Below, piece by piece: positions 9,597 to 18,505 of a DNA stretch of 64,000 nt; within the stretch, counting starts at the first letter, position 1, and the number at the start of each line of letters is the position of its first letter. Position numbers and translations under genes: made by a program. The notes beneath the pieces were generated by a model, which saw nothing but the letters and a program-made list of their open reading frames with translations, was not told where the DNA came from and did not search any database. The stretch is from Fidelibacterota bacterium. Its GTDB lineage: Bacteria > Fidelibacterota > UBA8477 > JABMPR01. Location of the stretch: NCBI GenBank assembly GCA_013203185.1, contig JABMOS010000068.1, positions 19,889 to 83,888 of the forward strand, read 5' to 3'.

Positions 9597-10274
9597 ATGC
9601 CTCCTGGTAAAATATATATTGTCTCTACACCCATAGGTAATCTCGGTGATTTTACCTTTAGAGCAGTTGATGTGCTAAAATCAGTTGAACTCATTGCCGC
9701 AGAAGACACAAGAGTTTCTGGGGTGTTATTGAAGCATTATGAAATCAAGACCCCCATGATGCCTTATCATGATCACAACAAGGAGCAGGCTACACCTGGT
9801 TTATTAAGGAAAGTGGAAAGTGGCGATGATATCGCCCTTATCACTGATGCAGGTACACCCCTGGTAAGTGATCCGGGATTTTTTCTGGTGCGTGCTGCAG
9901 TTGCTCAAAACATTGATGTGATACCCATCCCTGGCGCCTCAGCAATGTTGGCAGCCCTTGTAGCCGCAGGGTTGCCCTCAGATCGATTTACATTTGAAGG
10001 GTTCCTCCCGCGGAAAAAGGGACGTCAAACCCGATTTAAAATGCTAGCGGAGGATCCCAGAACAATCATCTTGTACGAATCGCCTCACCGCGTCGGTAAA
10101 ACACTCAGGGATATTGGAGAGCATATGGGGGACAGACAAGTTGTTATCGGTAGGGAAATAACAAAAAAGTTCGAAGAATTTATACGTGGTTCAGTCTTGG
10201 AGATAAGGGAACAGTTGGACACGCGCAGCATTAAAGGTGAAGTAGTAATTATGATTGGAGGAAATAAGGCGTGA
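9597..10274 (+). CDS. rsmI: 16S rRNA (cytidine1402-2'-O)-methyltransferase
   Basis: The sequences IYIVSTPIGNLGDFTFRAVDVLKSVELIAAEDTR, LITDAGTPLVSDPG, IPGASA and ESPHR are the classic RsmI tetrapyrrole-methylase-fold pattern. Confidence 0.9.
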   Translation: MPPGKIYIVSTPIGNLGDFTFRAVDVLKSVELIAAEDTRVSGVLLKHYEIKTPMMPYHDHNKEQATPGLLRKVESGDDIALITDAGTPLVSDPGFFLVRAAVAQNIDVIPIPGASAMLAALVAAGLPSDRFTFEGFLPRKKGRQTRFKMLAEDPRTIILYESPHRVGKTLRDIGEHMGDRQVVIGREITKKFEEFIRGSVLEIREQLDTRSIKGEVVIMIGGNKA

Positions 10275-10897
10275 CCGCAAACCACATTTTCGAGTATGCA
10301 CGAGATGATTTTAATTATCCAAAATTTATTCAAAACCTTCTCAAGAAGGCTCTCAACTTTGCCATCGCAAAGGTTCAGGAGGGGAATGTTGAGGCCGGGA
10401 CTCTAACTAAGGTCCGATATATTGTAGGTCTATCCACTATGCTGGCTCTTGTATTAGGCTTGTATTTATGGACTGCCCTCTTCCTGGCGATCTGGCTATT
10501 TATGGATCAGGTACATCTGCATCTCTTTGTTGATCGATCTGTTCCAAGTAGCAGGTTTAAACATTTCGTGGAGGAGGTGCCGCTCATGGTGGCATTAAGC
10601 CTTCACATGTGGATTGCAGGACATTTTTGGACAGGGGTTGCTGGTCTGATTGGAATTACAGGGCTTTATCTGCTCACAAATTTGCAAATGAAATATGATT
10701 TGACCGCCATCAATCTCCCACGGCTCTATTTTTTGAGATGGGACAGAATGGGCATCATGTTTCTATTTACTCTCCTAGGGTCCTGGCCAGGTGAAAGAGC
10801 ATGGTTATTCGTCGTACTCCTGGCCTGGTTCCTGGCAGCCTTAAGTTTTTATGACTATATCTGGATTCTCATCCAATTGTCCAAAAAGAAAAAATGA
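10271..10897 (+). CDS. integral membrane protein, unknown function
   Basis: 208-aa ORF with 4-5 hydrophobic helices. It overlaps rsmI by 4 nt (GTG start) and tmk by 4 nt, which suggests co-translation. No family recognised. Confidence 0.5.
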   Translation: MTANHIFEYARDDFNYPKFIQNLLKKALNFAIAKVQEGNVEAGTLTKVRYIVGLSTMLALVLGLYLWTALFLAIWLFMDQVHLHLFVDRSVPSSRFKHFVEEVPLMVALSLHMWIAGHFWTGVAGLIGITGLYLLTNLQMKYDLTAINLPRLYFLRWDRMGIMFLFTLLGSWPGERAWLFVVLLAWFLAALSFYDYIWILIQLSKKKK

Positions 10898-11529
10898 AAA
10901 CAGTTAAACCACTTCTCATAAGTTTCGAAGGCATTGATGGATCTGGGAAATCAACCCAGTGCAAAATGCTATATCATGAACTTCTGGATCGAGGTTACGG
11001 GGTCCATTTGTATCGAGAACCTGGTGGTACCACAATTTCTGAAAAAATTCGAGATATCCTTCTGGATCGAGAAAACGTTAAAATGACTCCCATCACAGAG
11101 ATGCTCCTTTATTTCTCCAGTAGAAATCAATTGATCACCGAAAAAGTCCTCCCAGCCCTGGCGAGAGGGGAAATTGTGCTGTTGGATCGATTTGTGGACA
11201 GTACCATTGCCTACCAGGGATATGGCAGAGATCTATCACTTGAAAACATCCATAAGGTGGCTGAGGTAGCAATTGGAGATCTGTCTCCTGACCTGACCAT
11301 TCTAGTAGATACGCCTCTTGATACCGCTGAAACCCGGATGGATAATCGTGAACCGGATCGTCTGGAGGCTGAAAATGAAGATTTTAAGCAAAGAACCCGA
11401 CAGGGGTATTTGAAACTGGTAAAAGAAGATCCCAATCGTTTTCTCCTCTTGGATGGACGTGAAACCATTGACACGCTGAAGCGGATGGTTTTCCAGCGTG
11501 TGGATCGGCTTTTGGGGACAAAAGATTGA
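10894..11529 (+). CDS. tmk: thymidylate kinase
   Basis: P-loop LISFEGIDGSGKSTQ, plus REPGGT and DRF.DST.AYQG motifs. The length (211 aa) is typical. Confidence 0.9.
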   Translation: MKTVKPLLISFEGIDGSGKSTQCKMLYHELLDRGYGVHLYREPGGTTISEKIRDILLDRENVKMTPITEMLLYFSSRNQLITEKVLPALARGEIVLLDRFVDSTIAYQGYGRDLSLENIHKVAEVAIGDLSPDLTILVDTPLDTAETRMDNREPDRLEAENEDFKQRTRQGYLKLVKEDPNRFLLLDGRETIDTLKRMVFQRVDRLLGTKD

Positions 11530-13172
11530 AATTTAGATTCATACTTCTCCCTCTCCTGGTCCTCTTTATTTTTACCGGATGGGCTGCAACGGTTTATACC
11601 CAGGCAAACTCTGACCGTGTTGAGGGTGAAGCTTCAATCAAAAAAGTATTTCAAACTATTCTCGATCGCTATGTTGCAGAGATTGATCCTGAGAAGCTTG
11701 CCGATGCAGCAATTGAGGGTATGCTTAAGGAGCTCGATCCGTATTCTCAACATATCGATGATAATAATTCTTATCGTCTTGATGCCATTACAACCGGTGA
11801 GTACGGTGGTGTTGGAATCCATCTTGGCCGGATGAATGATTCTCTTATGGTCATTTCACCAATGGATGGGACACCAGCATTTCTCCAGGGTATTCTCGCT
11901 GGAGACAGAATCGTAAAAATTGATTCTGTATGGACCAAAAAGCTGAGTCTAGATGAAGCGGCTAGGATGGTACGGGGTGAGAAGGGGTCCACTATCAATC
12001 TTCTCATTAAAAGAGAAGGCGAAACTGATTATTTAAATTTTGAGTTGATTCGAGAATTTATTAAGGTTCCAGATGTAAGCTATTCAGGTTTGCTGAGAGA
12101 GAGGACCGGGTATGTAAAACTTTCCAATTTTTCAAAGTATTCTGCAGAAGAGCTGGAAAAAGCCATCCGCAAAATAAATAACATTGGCCTTGAGGCACTC
12201 ATTATAGATGTAAGGGGTAACCCTGGGGGTCTCCTAAGTGCAGCCCTCATGAGTGCAGACCTGTTTATTGAACAGGGTGCAACTCTTTTGGAGACGAGGG
12301 GACGTATCAAACAATCCAATAAAACATATCTTTCTCGCCGGCGCCCTATCGTAAGGGATAATCTACCAATAGCTATTCTCATTGATGGCGGATCGGCCTC
12401 AGCTTCAGAGATTCTGGCAGGTATTCTCCAGGATTATGATAGGGCAGTGGTTATTGGTGAACCTTCTTTCGGTAAGGGATTGGTTCAAACCGTTACCCGG
12501 CTGACTCCTGATACCAGACTCAAGCTTACTTCAGCAAAATACTATTTACCCAGCGGTCGCCTTATTCAAAAGCGTGAAATCGCTGAGGATGTGATGTATG
12601 AAGATTTACTTATTTCCCAGGATACTTCCTATCTTTCTGACAACAATCGCAAGTTTGAAGGTGGTGGCGGGGTTGAACCTGATATTTATACGGAAGATTT
12701 TCCGTTAGGTAATCTTGAGAAATCACTGTGGCGACAGCGTTTATTCTTCAAATATGCACTTAAATATGGTGGGGAACATCCAGGACTGAATATGCCAATA
12801 AATTTCGAAGACGCTGAGGTGGATAGTTTTTATGCCTGGATGAAGGATCATGATTTGATTCCTGAGACAAAACTAAAACTACGGATAAATGACCTGGATG
12901 ACGCTCTTGATACTACAAGTGCCATCTATTCCGATATACTGGACTTGCAACAATCTTTGAGTCTCATGGAAGAAATCTACGCTCAAGAAGAGTTTTATAA
13001 GATCAAATTTCAGCTCTTGGCTGGCCTAGAGATGGAAATGGCGAGAGTTTTGGCCGGAAATGGGGCACGAATTTCAGCATCATTGACCCATGATCGAGTT
13101 GTCTTAAAGGCGATTGAAGTTCTGGCTTCAGATTCCCAGGTTCAGGAGATTCTAGCTGGTCCCACTGAGTAA
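11526..13172 (+). CDS. S41 family C-terminal processing peptidase
   Basis: N-terminal signal/anchor, a PDZ-like segment (GGVGIHL...MVISPMDGTPAFLQGILAGDRIVKID), and an S41 core (LIIDVRGNPGGLL, LIDGGSASASEILAG, GE.SFGKGLVQ). Confidence 0.85.
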   Translation: MKFRFILLPLLVLFIFTGWAATVYTQANSDRVEGEASIKKVFQTILDRYVAEIDPEKLADAAIEGMLKELDPYSQHIDDNNSYRLDAITTGEYGGVGIHLGRMNDSLMVISPMDGTPAFLQGILAGDRIVKIDSVWTKKLSLDEAARMVRGEKGSTINLLIKREGETDYLNFELIREFIKVPDVSYSGLLRERTGYVKLSNFSKYSAEELEKAIRKINNIGLEALIIDVRGNPGGLLSAALMSADLFIEQGATLLETRGRIKQSNKTYLSRRRPIVRDNLPIAILIDGGSASASEILAGILQDYDRAVVIGEPSFGKGLVQTVTRLTPDTRLKLTSAKYYLPSGRLIQKREIAEDVMYEDLLISQDTSYLSDNNRKFEGGGGVEPDIYTEDFPLGNLEKSLWRQRLFFKYALKYGGEHPGLNMPINFEDAEVDSFYAWMKDHDLIPETKLKLRINDLDDALDTTSAIYSDILDLQQSLSLMEEIYAQEEFYKIKFQLLAGLEMEMARVLAGNGARISASLTHDRVVLKAIEVLASDSQVQEILAGPTE

Positions 13173-13646
13173 TTAATCTTTTACTTTTAGCGAAAGCGTA
13201 AGGGTGAAAGTCGCCAGGATTTCATCACCATATTTGTCTGGCGCTGTGACCACAATATTGAGGGGCTCATGGTGACGTTCTCCTGTATCTATGACCTCTT
13301 GAACGAGAGTCGCTATTCTTTCACCATCAGTGCAGGTAAAAATTGCGTCGGCATCGACTCTTTTTAAAAAATCGGCCTGCATGTCCTTGAACACCAGGCT
13401 GATTTTGTGATCACTTCTACCAAGTAATTGCATTGCTAGTAAACCACCAGCCAGATCAGCACCCACTGCCAAGACTCCAAAATACATACTCCTGAGATGA
13501 TTCCGGGTTCTGCGACGCAGGGGGATCTTTATCATACATTGGGATTCATCCAACTGAATGACTCTGGGTTTTACAAAAAATATCAGCGGAATCTTAGTTA
13601 TTCCAAAATACCGAACCAAGAGCGTTTGTTTCCAGCGTGTTTTCAT
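13173..13646 (-). CDS. DUF4442 hotdog-fold (thioesterase-like) protein
   Basis: The 157-aa product contains FGITKIPLIFFVKPRV..L......IKIPLRRRTRNHLRSMYFGVLAVGADLAGG, which matches my recollection of DUF4442. Its stop codon directly abuts the stop of the convergent peptidase gene. Confidence 0.6.
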   Translation of the reverse strand: MKTRWKQTLLVRYFGITKIPLIFFVKPRVIQLDESQCMIKIPLRRRTRNHLRSMYFGVLAVGADLAGGLLAMQLLGRSDHKISLVFKDMQADFLKRVDADAIFTCTDGERIATLVQEVIDTGERHHEPLNIVVTAPDKYGDEILATFTLTLSLKVKD

Positions 13647-13755
13647 AAGGCCAAGTCAGGAATTCCTGCTCCATAGTTTTGGGGAGTAATTTCTTTTCGT
13701 GCGAAGTTACGCCAATGATGCATGCAAGAGGAGGGGCATCACAGATGATGCCAAA

Positions 13756-15291
13756 CTATATCAAATGCTGGATAGTTTCTTTCAATTCTGCCAGGCGAAA
13801 GGGTTTGGTCATAAAATCGCTGCAGCCTGCTTCAAGACACCTATCTCTATCGGATGTGAAAGCATGAGCCGTCAGCGCAATTATAGGTATCTTTAACCAC
13901 TTTGCCTCACCCCTGAGATATCTGGCGAGATCAAGTCCATCCTCGTCACCCCTTAAGGAAAGATCCAATAGGATTAATTGAACAGCCTCAGTATTGAGTA
14001 CGTCTTTAGCATCGGATACCGAATCAGCAAAATGAAGATCATAGTCTTTGCTGAGTGTGAAGCTAGCCAGCTTTTGAGAATTTGGGTCATCTTCAACAAC
14101 CAGAATACTCATTCTGCTAGAGTTACTATCCTCTGCGTGTCCACCTGAGGGGTTAATAATTGGCTCCTCAATAGTGATTACGGGTTGCACGGAAGGATCT
14201 ATGGGCAAATACACAGTAAATTTGCTTCCCACATCCCGTTTACTCTCAAAGTTTATTTTTCCATTGATGAGGGAGAGATAGCGGTGGGCAAGGGCTAACC
14301 CCAGACCAATCCCTTGAAAATTCTTGGTATAGCCAGTGCTTTCCTGGGAAAAAACATTGAACATATGGTCCTGATACTCTTGGGACATTCCGATGCCCGT
14401 ATCTTCAATGATGATGATCACAGAACCATCAACAATCTCAGTGTCCAGACTAACGTGGCCAGTGGTTGTATACTTTATGGCATTGTCGATAAGGTTGGTG
14501 ATCGCTTGAGTCGCACAATACTCATCAGAGATAATGTTAATATCAGTTTCAGGGAGATTGATATTGAGTTCCAACTTCTTAGCCGTGGCTGCTGATTTGA
14601 AGGACTTTCCCAAATCTTTAATAATTTTGCCCAGATTAACTGTTTCAGTTTTTAGTTCAAACGTACCTGTTTCAATTTGAGAGATGTCCAGGATGTGATG
14701 AACCGTTTGCCATAGGCGTTCACCACTCATATAGATGGTTTCAAAATACACATCTAAATTTTCATCTAGCTTGCCCTTGACCTTCTCCTCAATCAACTCC
14801 GTAAAACCAAGTATCGAATTTATGGGGGTTCGGATCTCATGACTCATATTAGCAAGGAAGAGGGTTTTGACTTCCTCGTTCTTTAAGGCCCGCTCTTTAG
14901 CGGCTATGAGCTCAGTCTCTGTATTTTTGAGGGTGGTGATGTCTGTGGCGTAGTAGTGTAGCAGATTCTGATTTTCCAGAAAAAACGCGGTCCACAAGAG
15001 ATGCGAGCCACTCAATGAAACCTCACGAGAAGGAATTTTACCCTTATCCGAGGATGCGGTTTTTATGTCTGCTTTATAGGTCTTAGGCAAGATTTGGGAA
15101 ACCTGAGACATATCCAGGTTCATTTTATCCAGGAGTTGGATTCCAGCAGGATTTATATAGCTGGGAACGCCTTCCAGGTCTACCTCTACCACAGGCATGG
15201 GGTTGGCAAGTGGGAAGAAAGCTAGTCGCTCTATCTCTTGTTGAGCTCTGTCACTTTCGCTTATGTCAAGTGGTTCTTTTTTATCAGTCAA
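13756..15291 (-). CDS. hybrid sensor histidine kinase / response regulator
   Basis: H-box FLANMSHEIRTPINSILGF, ATPase boxes (NLIDNAIKYT, EDTGIGMS, GIGLGLA), and a C-terminal receiver (ILVVEDDPNSQ, LILLDLSL, ALTAHAF, KPF). The N-terminal region is PAS-like and cytoplasmic. Confidence 0.85.
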   Translation of the reverse strand: MTDKKEPLDISESDRAQQEIERLAFFPLANPMPVVEVDLEGVPSYINPAGIQLLDKMNLDMSQVSQILPKTYKADIKTASSDKGKIPSREVSLSGSHLLWTAFFLENQNLLHYYATDITTLKNTETELIAAKERALKNEEVKTLFLANMSHEIRTPINSILGFTELIEEKVKGKLDENLDVYFETIYMSGERLWQTVHHILDISQIETGTFELKTETVNLGKIIKDLGKSFKSAATAKKLELNINLPETDINIISDEYCATQAITNLIDNAIKYTTTGHVSLDTEIVDGSVIIIIEDTGIGMSQEYQDHMFNVFSQESTGYTKNFQGIGLGLALAHRYLSLINGKINFESKRDVGSKFTVYLPIDPSVQPVITIEEPIINPSGGHAEDSNSSRMSILVVEDDPNSQKLASFTLSKDYDLHFADSVSDAKDVLNTEAVQLILLDLSLRGDEDGLDLARYLRGEAKWLKIPIIALTAHAFTSDRDRCLEAGCSDFMTKPFRLAELKETIQHLI

Positions 15292-15354
15292 TTTTGGTTT
15301 GTACCTTACTATTTAATCGACACATTTTAATAAGCCCAGATACCCCCCTTAGTA

Positions 15355-16764
15355 TTAATCTCGTACCAACTTATCTCGCTTATGGATATAAAAGTAATAG
15401 TAAATCGAACCCAGACTTGTCAATCCAAGACCTATGAGAGATGGAATGAGTGTGGTCATGAGTGTAATCACAAAGAAAGTAGCATAAATTACAAAGACGA
15501 TTATCAGACTCCAGGGGTACAACCAGGCTTTATAGGGTCTATCAACGTTGGGATATTTTTTCCGAAGAACATAAATAGCTCCAAAAACCATAAGATTGAA
15601 GACAGTTGAGGTGGCAGAGAAGAAGTCAATGATCGTCTCATAAGAATTTTCTGCCGAGACAGCAAAAGTAAGCAGCACCGTTGCCCATAAACCCTGACCG
15701 ATCAAGGCATTGTTAGGTGTTTTGTGCTTTTTACTAAGGACAGCAAATTTCTTAAAGAACATTCCATCCCGAGCCATGGCCTGCCAGGATCTTGCTTTGA
15801 CAAGAATCTGAGTACTCACGTTCCCAAAGGTGTTGAACATGACGGCAATTGAAATCAAAATACCACCAGTGGCACCCAACGCCACTTCCATAGCGTCGGT
15901 TGCTACCCAATCAGAGCTTGCAATTTGTTCTGGTGTTAATTGGAACAAGTAGGCTGCGTTTGCACCCATATAGAGAACCATGACGCCGGAAATTCCAATA
16001 AAAAGTGAAAGGGGAAGGTTGCGTCTGGGATTCTTAACCTCTTCAGCAATGTAGGTAGCGCCTTCCCAGCCACTAAAGGCGAAAAAGGCATAGCGAAGGG
16101 CTGCACCAACAGATTTAAAGGTTGAGCCATCGAAGGATTCAGGGAGGAGTGGAGTGACAAAATTAGAAAGTGACCCTGTTGACCAGGAGACAAAGCTGAC
16201 ACCAATTATACCACCCACAGCCACTACTTTAGTAGCACCAAAGAAATTTTGAATTCTACCACTTTGCTGGACACCGAATAGATTAACAATAGTAAGTATC
16301 CAGATGGTTGTGAATGCTATGAGATAATATGTAATGGGTCCAAAAAGAGAGCCAAACGCGATCTTCCATAGAGCTTCGAGATATACGCCAAAAACCAGTG
16401 CAACAGCCACAATCGATGCGGTCTCTGAGACAAAAAACATGGCCCAACCCCGAAGGAAGGCCCAGAATGGGTGGTAAGCCATCTTAAGGTAGACATAGGG
16501 ACCACCGGAGCGGGGCATCATGGCTGCTAATTCTGCATAGACAACAGCTCCAAAGATGGTAACAATTCCACCTAACAACCAAACCAGCCCGAAGAGGGAA
16601 GTACAACCCACAAGTGCCATAATCGGTGCAGGTGTTTTAAAAATACCCGAACCTATGATGCGGCCTATTACGATGGAGACTGCTTCCATAAGACCCAGGT
16701 CGCGTTTGTATTCAGTAGAGTCGGTGAAATCTCTCATTTGCGAAGTCTTCTCAGTCGTGGGCAT
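15355..16764 (-). CDS. APC superfamily amino acid permease
   Basis: 469-aa 12-helix-type protein. The N-terminal LGLMEAVSIVIGRIIGSGIFKTP and the later SGWEGATYIAEEVKNPRRNLP are typical of the APC/LAT family. Confidence 0.85.
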   Translation of the reverse strand: MPTTEKTSQMRDFTDSTEYKRDLGLMEAVSIVIGRIIGSGIFKTPAPIMALVGCTSLFGLVWLLGGIVTIFGAVVYAELAAMMPRSGGPYVYLKMAYHPFWAFLRGWAMFFVSETASIVAVALVFGVYLEALWKIAFGSLFGPITYYLIAFTTIWILTIVNLFGVQQSGRIQNFFGATKVVAVGGIIGVSFVSWSTGSLSNFVTPLLPESFDGSTFKSVGAALRYAFFAFSGWEGATYIAEEVKNPRRNLPLSLFIGISGVMVLYMGANAAYLFQLTPEQIASSDWVATDAMEVALGATGGILISIAVMFNTFGNVSTQILVKARSWQAMARDGMFFKKFAVLSKKHKTPNNALIGQGLWATVLLTFAVSAENSYETIIDFFSATSTVFNLMVFGAIYVLRKKYPNVDRPYKAWLYPWSLIIVFVIYATFFVITLMTTLIPSLIGLGLTSLGSIYYYFYIHKRDKLVRD

Positions 16765-17121
16765 CCCAACCTCCTGGTGTGTTGAGTATCGAACCTGAGC
16801 AGCCTATGAAGAGAGGGGGCACCAGGTAAATTTGTAAAGGACGAGTGTTCAAATATGATATCCCCAAATGGCGATAGTGCATCAATATGTGGATTCAAGA
16901 GAACAGCCTTATTTAATAGTTGGAATCACATGAAGCAAGGGGCTATTTATTTTCCACACCTGAGACTGGGAGACAAGGATGATTTTATCTCCTGGTGCGC
17001 TAGAACCCAACTATTTAGGATTAAAGATAAATGGTAACTGCTAGAAGTAAGTAATGTAAACCAGTTGATAATCAAATGATTAGAGGTGTCACATAAACAA
17101 CAAAAAGACGATTGTTAGGTG

Positions 17122-18482
17122 CTAGGCAATCCAGATAGATTTGATATTAGTAAACTCGCGGATACCAAAATGTGATAGCTCTCGACCGTAACCAGAACGC
17201 TTGATTTCGCCAAAGGGAAGTCTTGGATCAGAAACGGTCATCCCATTCACAAAGACCGCTCCACTCTCTACTGCACGTGCCAGTTTCTCACCCCTGACTA
17301 TATCATTGGTCCAGAGTGAACCTCCCAGACCAAATTCGGAATCATTGGCTACTGAGCTTGCTTCCTCAGCATCTTTCACTGGGATGATGGCTGACACGGG
17401 ACCGAAGGTTTCCTCGTGGTACAGACTCATTCCAGTTCTCACATCGCTAATCACCGTGGGCTCATAAAAGAAACCTGGTCCAAGAATAGATTTTCCACCC
17501 AGAAGGAGTCGGGCACCTGCATCCAGACTTGCTTTGACTTGTGCATGTAATTCGTCACGGAGATCTCCCCTTGCAAGGGGGCCGACTTGGGACTCTGGGA
17601 GAAGGGGATCACCAACAATAAGGCTCGACATGATCTGTGCTTTTTTGCTTTCAATTTCCTCAAGACGTGATTCAACCACGATAAATCTCTTGGCTGCGAT
17701 ACAGCTTTGCCCGTTGTTTATCATGCGAGCATTAACAGCTGTGGCAACACATTTATCAATATCTGCGTCCTCCAGAACGATATAGGGATCAGATCCACCT
17801 AACTCCAGGACGGTTTTCTTCAGGGCTCGTGCAGCTATGGCAGCTACGTTCATTCCAGCAACTTCACTGCCAGTCAAAGTCACAGCTCGGATATGGGGAT
17901 TCATGATGATTGCTTCAACCTGGCTGGCTGATATCATCAAGGTTCTAAACAGGTTTTCTGGAAATCCTGCCTTGATAAAGATGTTCTCAATGGCCAAGGC
18001 CCAACCAGGAACATTGGATGCATGTTTGAGAACCACGGCGTTCCCCGCCATGAGGGCTGGTGCAGCGAAACGAAATACCTGCCAGAAGGGGAAGTTCCAG
18101 GGCATAACAGCCAGAACAATTCCCAGGGGTTCAAAACTGATGAAGCTCTTTGAAGCGTTTGTTTCCACCATTTCATCAGCAAGAAAAGATTCTGCCTTAT
18201 CTGCTAAAAAAAATCACATACCCAGGCGCACTTCTCAATTTCAGCGCGGGCCTCATGGATAACTTTTCCCATTTCCAGGGTCATGAGGTGGGCTAGATCC
18301 TCTTTTTCTTTTCGTAGCATGAGGGCTGCCTGTTTCATCTTCTTAGCGCGAAGATTAAAATTGGTAGATTTCCAATCCAGCCAGGCTTCCCCGGTGCTTG
18401 TTACAATGCCAATGGCTTCTTCATTTGAATGGCGGGTATAACTCTGAATGAGCAGGCCGGTTGCAGGATTGATTGACTTCAT
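17122..18482 (-). pseudogene. Sad/YneI-type succinate-semialdehyde dehydrogenase, interrupted by a 1-nt frameshift in an A8/T8 run
   Basis: ORFs 18204..18482 and 17122..18171 align end-to-end with the intact paralogue at 51131..52489 (..EKCAWVCDFF | [LADKAESFLADE]MVETNASKSF..). The frames are offset by one base at the homopolymer 18206-18213. One extra A/T would restore FFLADKAESFLADEM. A homopolymer sequencing error cannot be excluded. Confidence 0.8.
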
Positions 18483-18505
18483 GTGACTCCCCGGTTTCTC
18501 TACAA

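Noticed and set aside
13170-13175. Convergent peptidase and DUF4442 genes whose stop codons abut directly (TAA|TTA), with no room for a terminator.
   Set aside because: This is a real observation, but such packing is common in streamlined genomes. There is no evidence of special biology.
17122-18171. Treating 17122..18171 and 18204..18482 as two separate aldehyde dehydrogenase genes.
   Set aside because: They are collinear halves of one Sad-type SSADH, separated only by a 1-nt shift in an A8 run. I therefore report them as one pseudogene or possible sequencing error.
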